Part shown: positions 8,700 to 17,038 of the stretch, piece after piece
Numbering within the stretch: position 1 is the first letter of the stretch
How the letters are laid out: every line of letters starts with the position of its first letter
From: Lysobacterales bacterium
GTDB taxonomy: Bacteria > Pseudomonadota > Gammaproteobacteria > Xanthomonadales > SZUA-5
Reading direction: 5' to 3'
DNA: 64,000 nt
Assembly (NCBI GenBank): GCA_022844165.1
Contig: JALHMH010000015.1
Span: 26,263-90,262 of the forward strand
Made by a program: the position numbers and the translations under genes
Notes under the pieces: model-generated
What the model saw: the letters and a program-made list of their open reading frames with translations, nothing else
What the model was told of the DNA's origin: nothing
The model's database searches: none

Positions 8700-9554
8700 A
8701 TGTCCCATCGAACGATGATCGCGGTCTGGGTCGCGTGCAGTTCCTTCTGCTCGTCGGAAGCAGGCGCACAATCGCTGAGCAGCCCCGAGAGCCTGCAATT
8801 CGATAGCGCCAATCAGCGCTATCTCATCAGCAATCGCGGTGCCGGGAACATCCTGGCGCGCAGCACAGAAGGCACACTGACGGTGTTCACCGATGACCCT
8901 TCGAGCCCCGCAGGCATGGAGATCATGCAAGGCGCGGTGTACGTTGCCGATGGCGCCCGTGTGCGCGGATATCGACTGAGCGATGCCGTGCGTGTGCTCG
9001 ATTTTCCGATCCCCGGGGCAGGTTTCCTCAATGGTCTGGCGTCGAATGGCAACGGTATCTTGTGGGTGACCGATTTCAGCCAACGCCGCTTGCACGCGCT
9101 GGATGTTTCGAACTTGAGCGCGCCGGTTTTGAACACGCTGCTGACCGACACCGTCTTCACGCCCAATGGCGTGGTTTGGGATGGCGCAGAAAATCGTCTG
9201 TTGTTGGTCAGCTGGGGCGCCAACGCGCGAATCGCCGAATACCGTTTCGCCGATCAGATGCTCAACACAATCGTGACCACAACGCTCGGCAACTTCGATG
9301 GCATCGTGCTCGGCTGCGACAACGCTGTCTACGTTTCGAGCTGGTCCCCCAGCGGCACGATACGCAGGCTGGCATCGCCTTTGACCGTTGCCTCGCCAGC
9401 CCTGGACTTTGTCATGGGTCTGAGCAACCCTGCCGATATTGCCTTCAGCCCGGAGCGTAGCGAGATCGCAAGCCCGAACGCGGGCAACAACTCCGTCAGT
9501 TTTCATCCCATCGTGTGCCCAACCGAGCCACTGTTTGCGAACGGTTTCGAGTAA
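8700..9554 (+). CDS. Secreted beta-propeller-like protein (SMP-30/gluconolactonase/NHL-like), ending in LFANGFE
   Basis: The ATG at 8700 gives a signal peptide, 'MSHRTMIAVWVACSSFCSSEAGAQS'. Repeated blade-like segments ('GNILAR...', 'GILWVTD', 'PNGVVWD', 'DGIVLG'). It ends PLFANGFE-TAA. The fold call is tentative. Confidence 0.6.
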   Translation: MSHRTMIAVWVACSSFCSSEAGAQSLSSPESLQFDSANQRYLISNRGAGNILARSTEGTLTVFTDDPSSPAGMEIMQGAVYVADGARVRGYRLSDAVRVLDFPIPGAGFLNGLASNGNGILWVTDFSQRRLHALDVSNLSAPVLNTLLTDTVFTPNGVVWDGAENRLLLVSWGANARIAEYRFADQMLNTIVTTTLGNFDGIVLGCDNAVYVSSWSPSGTIRRLASPLTVASPALDFVMGLSNPADIAFSPERSEIASPNAGNNSVSFHPIVCPTEPLFANGFE

Positions 9555-10089
9555 CTTCCGGCCTCGCGAGGCATACCTCTGAATCATGCCCGTCAACGGG
9601 TCAGGGTTCATCTCGATAGTTGACGAACAACGTAGGAAGAGAGGTTGACACAGAGGGAGGCACCACAACGACGCCGAATACGTGTCCGAGAACCGAACCG
9701 CTGAAATCGCAGGAAGAAGTCGATCGAAACGCTGGAACGACGCAGAAGCACGACCGAGGAAGTAACGCGGGACCCGGATCTCGATCATCGAGACGGGGCG
9801 GTGTTGACCCAAGTCCAAGTAGTAGGATCAAAAACTAGAAGCAGATCAGGTGTTGACAGGAGGCGTCCATACGTGTCCTCGTTATGTTGTTCACCGACTA
9901 GGCGCACCTAGAGATTTTCGATGGATGAACTGCAATGAGTCCCGAATTAAGCGCTTTTTACAAACAGCTTCGGATATACCGTAAAATCAAATTCGCAGCC
10001 GTTATCGCGACGGATCGCCCTGTCGAGAAAAAACATCATGGACCAAAGCGCAGCCTGCCCGCCTTGATTCCGTAACATCTTTGGCGCAT

Positions 10090-10566
10090 TTAGTCTATTA
10101 GCTGCACATCGGCCAAGGAAAGCGCTGAAATAATACGCTCGGCTTTAGTGCGACAATTGGAGTTGCACGTCTTCGAGAGCGAACTCAATGCCCTTATTAT
10201 CCGAAGCTTGACTCCGCGCAGCTGTTCCACTTCCGATTCTGAATCTGTGGTTAAAAGCAACGCTCCCGCGTCGCTTACCCATGCATCAAAGTCACTCTCG
10301 TGCCTTTCGAACCAGACAAGCATCATCTCCGGCCGGCATTCTAGCGCTCGACCAAGGTGATCTGATACCTCAAAGCCAAGCGCACCATCTCTAATCAACC
10401 AAAGACTACCAATCGTATGAATGACTGGAATCGCGTCACTTTCTCTTTCGCCGCAAAGTAGTTTTTCTGCATTGGTGTCCAGCCACAATAAACTCTCCGA
10501 TGCGAAATCGCGCGACCAAGCGGTTGATTGAAGAAAGAAACTAACGGCAATCAAAAGCCTACTCAC
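10090..10566 (-). CDS. Putative periplasmic immunity protein for the upstream toxin-like ORF
   Basis: Its GTG start overlaps the toxin stop (GTGA). It has a signal-peptide-like 'MSRLLIAVSFFLQSTAWS'. The sequence is AT-rich and I recognise no family, so the role is inferred from context. Confidence 0.45.
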   Translation of the reverse strand: MSRLLIAVSFFLQSTAWSRDFASESLLWLDTNAEKLLCGERESDAIPVIHTIGSLWLIRDGALGFEVSDHLGRALECRPEMMLVWFERHESDFDAWVSDAGALLLTTDSESEVEQLRGVKLRIIRALSSLSKTCNSNCRTKAERIISALSLADVQLID

Positions 10567-11336
10567 TCAAACCCTCCATCGAAACGCTCTGATATAATAA
10601 TCCTTGCAGTCATTTGCTGCCGAATGGAATTATATAAGGCTTTGGTTGCTGCACGACTGTTATAAACTCTGTTGGAGCGATATTCGCTTCCAGGCATTAA
10701 GCAACCAAGTGTATGCGCCGGTGTATTCCCAGAATGAATGAGGATTTTCGACCTGCCGGGCACTCGTTGCAATTCAAATGCCGACGGATACGCGCGGCTT
10801 GAGTACGGCATGAGCTCATATGATCCGGGCATTATTCTTAGGTCACTACCTTCGATTGTAGAACTTGGTCCAGCGGGCTCCAAAACAAATGCGCTGTTGA
10901 AGTTTCCGTAAAGATCTTCCCAATATATTTCGCTGATCGTAGCTTCGTTCGTTGTGAGAAATCTAAATAATTTTATCTCAAGTTCGGTTGGCAAGAAATC
11001 TTCGACTGCGTCGGAGCCATACGGATCCGGAGGAGGAGCACCTGGCCCATTCGCCGGTCGATGCCATTCATCATTAAACGCCCTAGAAAACGCCGCCGTG
11101 ACTGCCCCATTGGCGAACTTCCCACCGCTCGCCGCGCTGACCGATCCGCCTACGAGAGCGGCGGCGATGACTCGGCTGGGGCTGAATCTGCGGTTCGCCG
11201 CGTCCAGCGTGTCGATTTTTCCTGAGAACGCTTGTGTCACGCCTGCGGACAGGAAGCCATGGCCAAATTTTCCGCCCTGCAAAGTCTGCATCACGCCACC
11301 CGCAATGCCATGCGCAGCCACTTTGGCCGCGAACAA
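10563..11336 (-). CDS. Orphan polymorphic-toxin-like C-terminal module (Gly-rich pre-toxin segment plus DUF5675/YkuD-like domain)
   Basis: 'GGKFGHGFLSAG...GGKFANGAVTAAFSRAF' resembles the pre-toxin region of CdiA/FhaB/Rhs-type toxins. The C-terminal 'ILIHSGNTPAHTLGCLMPG' resembles the DUF5675/L,D-transpeptidase-like His...Gly-Cys motif (from memory). GC drops near nt 11060. The start is uncertain: TTG at 11336, with the first ATG at 11291. Confidence 0.55.
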   Translation of the reverse strand: MFAAKVAAHGIAGGVMQTLQGGKFGHGFLSAGVTQAFSGKIDTLDAANRRFSPSRVIAAALVGGSVSAASGGKFANGAVTAAFSRAFNDEWHRPANGPGAPPPDPYGSDAVEDFLPTELEIKLFRFLTTNEATISEIYWEDLYGNFNSAFVLEPAGPSSTIEGSDLRIMPGSYELMPYSSRAYPSAFELQRVPGRSKILIHSGNTPAHTLGCLMPGSEYRSNRVYNSRAATKALYNSIRQQMTARIIISERFDGGFE

Positions 11337-11666
11337 GCCGGGACTCAGGTCCGTGCGCTATAGCGCGACCCACAAGAGCGACGTGTCCCGTTGGTCGCGC
11401 CATGCGACGCTGTTGTCTGGAATGCTGCGGTGAAGTCGCCCACTGGATGGGCTGCCTTCCTGCTGTGGGGGGCGCGATAACTTCGACAGTCGATGGTGAA
11501 TCTGGCGGGCTGACCCGCAACGGCTTTGACATAGTTTCTCCGATCAAAGCCGCTCTGAAATGAGAGATAACTCAAAGTATAACTGGCAGGTCGCATTGAT
11601 TTGAAGATGCACGCACCCTGGACCGACCAGGGCGCGCGGTGTCTTTTGGCCTGGATGACCGTTCGA

Positions 11667-14600
11667 TCATTCAAATCCGTTCGCGAACAGTCCATCGTCT
11701 GCGCCCGCCGCGATCACGCACCATTGATTAACGGTGCCGCTGTCGCCGGTGGCATCGTCAATGACGGTCAGACGGAAGTCGCCGGCGGGCAGGCCATTGA
11801 ATCGTGCCAGATCGTCTTGCGGACGCAATTCGCCGTTGATGGCTGGTGCGGTGGTGCGACAGGCGACGATTGCGCTGTCATCGTCGTTGAAGGTGCCGTT
11901 GACATCATCGCCGGTGCAATTGTTTTGTTTGGTGTACAGCCGTGCTTCTACGCCGCTGGCGACGTGCGTGAGACGGAATGCCAACTGTCCAGCGCTGGTG
12001 TGTGCGGTATTAATGCTGACATCCAGATCGCCGATCAGCGAGCCAGGTACGGTCAGTGTCTGCGTGGCACCGCTGGCGTTGCCATCGGGAATCGGCAGGG
12101 CGCTCTGCGAACAAATGGCGGCGGCCGTTGTGAAGCTGCGCATGGTGCTGGCGGCAGACTCGCCGCAGGCGTTGATTGCGGTCACGCGCCAAAAGCGGGT
12201 GACGGCCGGCGCCAGTTGTGGCAAGCGGAACTGCGTCGCGATGGTCTCGAAGCTCTGAGTGTTCGGTCCGGCTGCAAAAGCACTGCTGTCGGATACGTCC
12301 ACGCGATAACGCAACGCGCCCGTCGCGGCCTGCCAGGACAGCTGTGGCGCGCGTTTGACGCCTGTCTGACTATCGCCCGGGCTGCCCAGCAATGGCGCAG
12401 CTGAGGTGCTGCTCGATACCCATAGTGGCAGCGCCAGTTCGTCGTCCGTACCGCCGCTCACGTCAGCGCGAACAGTGGTTGGATACGCACCGGGGACCAG
12501 TCCTGCCTGCGGTGTCAATGTCAGCGTGCTGCTGCCGGTGTTGATCGAGGCGGGCGCAAAGGCCACGCCGAGGCCGCTCGGTGCGCCGTCCAAACTGAGC
12601 GCAGCGTTGCCGGCAAAACCGGCGAAACTGCCGAAACTCAGGTTGGTCTGCGTCGGCGTTGCGCCGCAGACATTGATCGTTGTTGCCGGGGAAGTGATCG
12701 CCACACCCGCCTCGCGACAGTTGGTGCACACCAATGCGTAATCTTGCGCGGGTGTTCCGGGCGTGCCGTTGCCCGCGAGTGCATCGGCGTTGATCGCCGC
12801 GGCCGTCAATGTGATCGTTGTGGCGCCGCCGGCGGGCGCTGCCAGATAGACATTTTCAATGTTGTTCAGCCGATCGAAGCTGCCGCCGGTTACCGACGTG
12901 CCGTTGTTGAAGACGTTGCCAAAGTACGTCTGGCCACCGTTCACCACGGTCAGGTCCAGATCGTTCACGAGGGCCGGATTGGCCTGCACCGCGCCAGGCG
13001 CATCGGTCCACACCAGCGAGATCTTCATGGGTCTGCCGGGATCGACCAACCCGACCGTAAAGCTTCGCGTTTGTCCGGTGGCTGTGAGTACATCGTCCTG
13101 ATCGCGATACACGCCGCGCAAGCTCGGATCGAAGGTGTACTTCAGGTCGACCTGACCCCAGCCCTCGTCGTTATTCGGTATCGGTCGCGAGCCGTCGTTG
13201 GCGTTTGGTGTGCCGGTGCCGGCCAGATCGTAGGCACCATTGATCAGTACCGCTTTGGTCATGGCTGGAGACGGAACGGCACCGGCGAATTTTTTGGCCC
13301 ACCATTCGTGCACCAGAGCTGCCGCGCCGGAGACCATGGGCGTGGACATGCTGGTGCCGGAGCACAGCGAGAACAGGCCGTTGGTGCCGGCGATTGCCGT
13401 TCCGCATTGGCCACCTTCAGCGCGACGTGTTGAACCGGTATTGCCGCCAACGCCAGTGATCGTGGGGAGGGTCCGACCATCTTCTGCGGGTCCTCGCGAC
13501 GACGAGGAACTGATGTTGCTGGAGCTGGCGGGGTTGGTGCGCCCGACTAACGAATTGGCTACGGAGATGATGTTTTTCGCCACGTGGGGGCCGGTGAGGG
13601 TCGATACGCCGGGTCCAGCGTTTCCAGCTGAAAACAAGATCGAAAAAGCTTGGTTACCGGTGGTGTTGAAATCGCCGTCGCGAACCAGAGTGTCGTATTC
13701 ACGCTCGCTGGCAAGGTAACGCACTTGCGGCGAACTGCCCGAGTTGTTCCAGGAATTATTTGATCCGCGCGAACCCGCCGCCAATGGAATGCGCGTGCGC
13801 TCGGGGTTGGGCATGCCACCGCAACCCACCGATCGAACCGCAAAGAGCCCCGCCGCCGGAGCGACGCCTTGACCATATCGGTAACCGTTGGCATCGGTTT
13901 CCGCCGCGGGCCCGGAGAAGTCTCCAGTACCGCGACCCGCCAGCGATCCCGAGACATGCGAGCCATGCCCACCGCTGTCGTCGCCCGGCAACGGGGCCGT
14001 GGGGCAGCCTGGGCCGTCGTGACCGCCCACCCGCGCCACCCCCAAATCCGGATGCTCCCAATCGGTACCAGAATCGACCACCGCCCAGGTGATGCCTGCG
14101 CCGCTCAAGCCCAGATCCCACGGCACGCCGATGGTCTTCAGGAAATCAAGATATCCCGGTGCGTTGCCGATTCCGCTGGGCGAGAAGTTGCGCGCGAAGA
14201 CCTGGTTGGCCATTTCATCGTCGGGCTGCGCCTCCGATTCGCGACCAACCCAAACCAACTCCGGGAGCTGTGAAACAGCCGCTAGAGCGCCGGCGTCGAT
14301 GCGACCTGACGCGCGATAGAAGCGGGCGTCCGGCTGGGCTGGGTAAAACTGTTTGAGTGACACGCCGCGCGCGGCTAGCGTGCCCTGCAGCGTTGTCGGT
14401 GAGCCAGAGTTGAACAACAGAAAGCTTGCGTCTTCAATCGGCCCATTGCTGCTGCGCAAGTTCGGATCGATTCGCAGGTCGCCGCCGAAGGCTGCTGCGC
14501 CGCGAATCATCGGTTGACCGTCCAGCGCAGCGATGGATGCCCCGTCGGCCCAGACGAGATAGGCGTTGTGCGGATAGTACTGAAGCGGCAATACCTCGGC

Positions 14601-14954
14601 AGATTCCAGGGCCTGCGTCCAGGCGGCGCGCGCCGGGCCATCGAATTGCACCAGAAACAACCCTTGTGCGGCGGATTTGTCAGCGAGGCGCGGTGCGGTC
14701 ATGGGCACTTGAACAGAACCAACTCGCACATCGTCGCCAGCGATCTCGACAATGATCCCGCGACTACGAAGTTTGGCGATCGCGGCTGGTTCCAGCCGCG
14801 CCCAGGAAAAGCCTCCGTGGTCTTCGACTCGTTCGACGTACTCGCCCAGCGTGGCGATCGTTTCGGGTGAGGCATGGACACGCACGGCGATCGGGTCGGC
14901 AAGAGCGGCTTGCGCAAGAATGGCGCCGAGCGAAATGACGGTGAGACGATTCAT
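11667..14954 (-). CDS. Large secreted subtilisin-family (S8) serine protease with proprotein-convertase P-domain, ending in LFANGFE
   Basis: Catalytic triad contexts 'VVDSGTDWEHPDL', 'GGHGSHVSGSLAG' and 'SGTSMSTPMVSGAAALV'. P-domain-like 'IPDGNASGATQTLTVPGSLIGDLDVSINTAHTSAGQLAFRLTH'. The ATG at 14954 gives signal peptide 'MNRLTVISLGAILAQAALA'. Confidence 0.9.
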   Translation of the reverse strand: MNRLTVISLGAILAQAALADPIAVRVHASPETIATLGEYVERVEDHGGFSWARLEPAAIAKLRSRGIIVEIAGDDVRVGSVQVPMTAPRLADKSAAQGLFLVQFDGPARAAWTQALESAEVLPLQYYPHNAYLVWADGASIAALDGQPMIRGAAAFGGDLRIDPNLRSSNGPIEDASFLLFNSGSPTTLQGTLAARGVSLKQFYPAQPDARFYRASGRIDAGALAAVSQLPELVWVGRESEAQPDDEMANQVFARNFSPSGIGNAPGYLDFLKTIGVPWDLGLSGAGITWAVVDSGTDWEHPDLGVARVGGHDGPGCPTAPLPGDDSGGHGSHVSGSLAGRGTGDFSGPAAETDANGYRYGQGVAPAAGLFAVRSVGCGGMPNPERTRIPLAAGSRGSNNSWNNSGSSPQVRYLASEREYDTLVRDGDFNTTGNQAFSILFSAGNAGPGVSTLTGPHVAKNIISVANSLVGRTNPASSSNISSSSSRGPAEDGRTLPTITGVGGNTGSTRRAEGGQCGTAIAGTNGLFSLCSGTSMSTPMVSGAAALVHEWWAKKFAGAVPSPAMTKAVLINGAYDLAGTGTPNANDGSRPIPNNDEGWGQVDLKYTFDPSLRGVYRDQDDVLTATGQTRSFTVGLVDPGRPMKISLVWTDAPGAVQANPALVNDLDLTVVNGGQTYFGNVFNNGTSVTGGSFDRLNNIENVYLAAPAGGATTITLTAAAINADALAGNGTPGTPAQDYALVCTNCREAGVAITSPATTINVCGATPTQTNLSFGSFAGFAGNAALSLDGAPSGLGVAFAPASINTGSSTLTLTPQAGLVPGAYPTTVRADVSGGTDDELALPLWVSSSTSAAPLLGSPGDSQTGVKRAPQLSWQAATGALRYRVDVSDSSAFAAGPNTQSFETIATQFRLPQLAPAVTRFWRVTAINACGESAASTMRSFTTAAAICSQSALPIPDGNASGATQTLTVPGSLIGDLDVSINTAHTSAGQLAFRLTHVASGVEARLYTKQNNCTGDDVNGTFNDDDSAIVACRTTAPAINGELRPQDDLARFNGLPAGDFRLTVIDDATGDSGTVNQWCVIAAGADDGLFANGFE

Positions 14955-15106
14955 TGGAGTTTCCCTGGGAACGGTCGAAACAAGAGAGTGCTCGCGGCGT
15001 CGAAGTTGCGCCAGGAACTTCTTTGGCTGGGCGCGAGCGACCGGTAGAGTGCCAGGGGCAGCCATCGGACGGCAAGTGCCGTTGCAGCAAGCTCGCTTAC
15101 GCAGCG

Positions 15107-15955
15107 CTAACTTGTGCCCCGCTGCAAAATCAGTTCCAGAACGAACTTGCTACCGAAGAACGCCAGCAGCAGGACGGCCATGCCGGAGAGCGTGAATCGC
15201 ACCGCCGTGCGTCCGCGCCAGCCGAAACGCCAGTGGCCGAGGATCAGGGCGCCAAACACGAGCCAGGCGATGATCGTGAGCACGGTTTTGTGCACCAGCT
15301 GCTGTGCCATCCAGTCGTCAATGAACAGCGCGCCGCTCAAAATCGTCAACGTCAGCAGCGCAAAGCCCGCGACAATCATCTGAAACAGCAAATTCTCCAT
15401 CGCGATCAGCGGCGGCAGCGCGCGCAGCGCAGGGCCGAAGCGCTTCTTGCGCAGACTATGTTCTTGCCACGCAACGATGATGGCCTGCAGTGCCGCAATA
15501 CTCAGCAACGCGTAAGCCGACAGCGCGATGGCCACGTGCAGTCGGATTTGCCAGCCGTTTTCGTGATCGTGCGGCGCGCCTGGCAGCCAGGCACCGGCCG
15601 GTGCAGCCAGCAAAGCGATCGGCCAGACTGCGACCAATAGCGGCCGCGTGCGTTCCCGCAACCCGGCAACCGTCATTGTTGCGGCCATCACAAAAGCGAC
15701 CAGCGACAGCATTCGAAAGAAGCCAGTGCCGTCGGGTGCACCGATGGGGCCGAATAACAACAGCCCATGGAGCACGCCGGCAGCGGTTCCGAAATAAAGT
15801 GCAGCCAGCGACGATTCGCCGCGCAGACCGCTGCGGATCAGCAGTGCGGTGCCGAAGGCGTAACCGGCAATCAGGGCGAGAGTCAAGGCCAGGAGCATGC
15901 CGGGATAATAGGCGGCGAAGGCAACCCAGCGCGATGCCAATTTGCGGTGATCCAT
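15107..15955 (-). CDS. Cytochrome c assembly family membrane protein (CcsA/YpjD-like)
   Basis: Polytopic 282-aa protein with a Trp-rich 'WMAQQLVHKTVLTIIAWLVFGALILGHWRFGWRG' region typical of YpjD/CcsA-like proteins. Confidence 0.7.
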   Translation of the reverse strand: MDHRKLASRWVAFAAYYPGMLLALTLALIAGYAFGTALLIRSGLRGESSLAALYFGTAAGVLHGLLLFGPIGAPDGTGFFRMLSLVAFVMAATMTVAGLRERTRPLLVAVWPIALLAAPAGAWLPGAPHDHENGWQIRLHVAIALSAYALLSIAALQAIIVAWQEHSLRKKRFGPALRALPPLIAMENLLFQMIVAGFALLTLTILSGALFIDDWMAQQLVHKTVLTIIAWLVFGALILGHWRFGWRGRTAVRFTLSGMAVLLLAFFGSKFVLELILQRGTS

Positions 15956-16069
15956 GGCATCGCCCTGGAGCAGAAGTACGGCTGCCGGCGCCGACTGCGA
16001 TCATGCAAACCGCTCAATCTGTGCGCGATTGGCGGCGCAACAGCACGTTCGACGGCTATTCTTCGCGCT

Positions 16070-16948
16070 ATGTACACCCAATGCCCAAGCTGTATTACTG
16101 TCTACAAACTTCAGGCCGAGTCGCTGGCGCGGGCGCGAGGGCGATTCCGTTGCGGGCACTGCGGCGAGGTGTTCGACGGGCTCGAGCGTCTGGTCGAACG
16201 CTTGCCGGAGGAGGGTTTTATCGATCTGCCGGAAGAGTTGGCCAGCGCCACGCCTGTCGTGCTTGCAGTGCCGGCGATGCGCCCAACGCGACAGCCCGCC
16301 CTGGATTTGCGCGCCTCCGAGCCGGAGACGCGCCATGCGCCAAAGTGGAGTAGCGACTGGACAGAAGCGGTGCGCGAGGCAAGGCCGCCGTCCAGACCGA
16401 CTCCGCAGGCGCATCGCCCGGAGCGTCACGAAGCGGCGCCGAGTCGTCGCGGTTGGTGGCTTGGAAGCGCCGCGTTGACTTTGGCATTGGGTGGGCAGAT
16501 TGCTTTTGCCGAACGCGAGTTTTTGCTACAGGATCCGCGAACGCGGCCGATGCTCGATCGCGTTTGTGCGGCAGTGGGTTGTTTGTTGCCGATGCGCGAG
16601 TCGCTCGCCGATGTTCGACTGGTGTCGCGCGAAGTGCGGCCACACCCGGACGCGCCGAAAGCGCTGTTGATCAGCGCCAGCATGGTCAACGACGCAGCTT
16701 TCACGCAGGCATTCCCGATCGTCGAAGTCACTTTGTCCGATCTGTCCAATCGGCCCATCGCACAGCGTCGTTTTATGCCGATGGAGTACCTGGCTGAAGA
16801 TGCCAGCATGAATCGCGGGTTCCCGCCTGGTTCGACGACACCCCTGGTGTTTGAGGTGGCCGATCCGGGGCAGTCGGCAGTCGCTTTCGAGTTTCGTTTC
16901 CTCTCCGAGCGCCCGGTCCCGGCGCGGGTGCTTTTGTCGTGGCCATGA
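16070..16948 (+). CDS. Zinc-ribbon plus DUF3426 domain protein
   Basis: The ATG at 16070 gives 'MYTQCPSCITVYKLQ...FRCGHCGEVF' (MJ0042-type zinc ribbon). It then has one TM segment and a C-terminal 'FPIVEVTLSDLSNRPIAQRRF' DUF3426-like domain. Confidence 0.7.
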   Translation: MYTQCPSCITVYKLQAESLARARGRFRCGHCGEVFDGLERLVERLPEEGFIDLPEELASATPVVLAVPAMRPTRQPALDLRASEPETRHAPKWSSDWTEAVREARPPSRPTPQAHRPERHEAAPSRRGWWLGSAALTLALGGQIAFAEREFLLQDPRTRPMLDRVCAAVGCLLPMRESLADVRLVSREVRPHPDAPKALLISASMVNDAAFTQAFPIVEVTLSDLSNRPIAQRRFMPMEYLAEDASMNRGFPPGSTTPLVFEVADPGQSAVAFEFRFLSERPVPARVLLSWP

Positions 16949-17038
16949 CAGTTGTCAGGTGCGCAAGCTGACGCAGCGCACTCTTCGCTAGAACAAGCGC
17001 CGGGCAAGCTGTCCGCAGGCGCCAGAGACGGTCGAAAA

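Noticed and set aside
9620-9838. A 72-aa + strand ORF (MTNNVGREVDTEGGTTTTPNT...) in the convergent intergenic region.
   Set aside because: Its low-complexity, Gly/Thr/Arg/Ser-rich composition simply reflects the purine-rich DNA. It has a TTG start and no RBS. It is better treated as noncoding (see the AGGA-rich finding).
11083-11547. A 154-aa minus-strand ORF overlapping the toxin-like gene in another frame, as an independent gene.
   Set aside because: Downstream of about nt 11336 the other frame carries the recognisable toxin motifs, so the two cannot both be real across the overlap. I keep only its SD+ATG (11532) as evidence for a possible frameshift (see the toxin finding).
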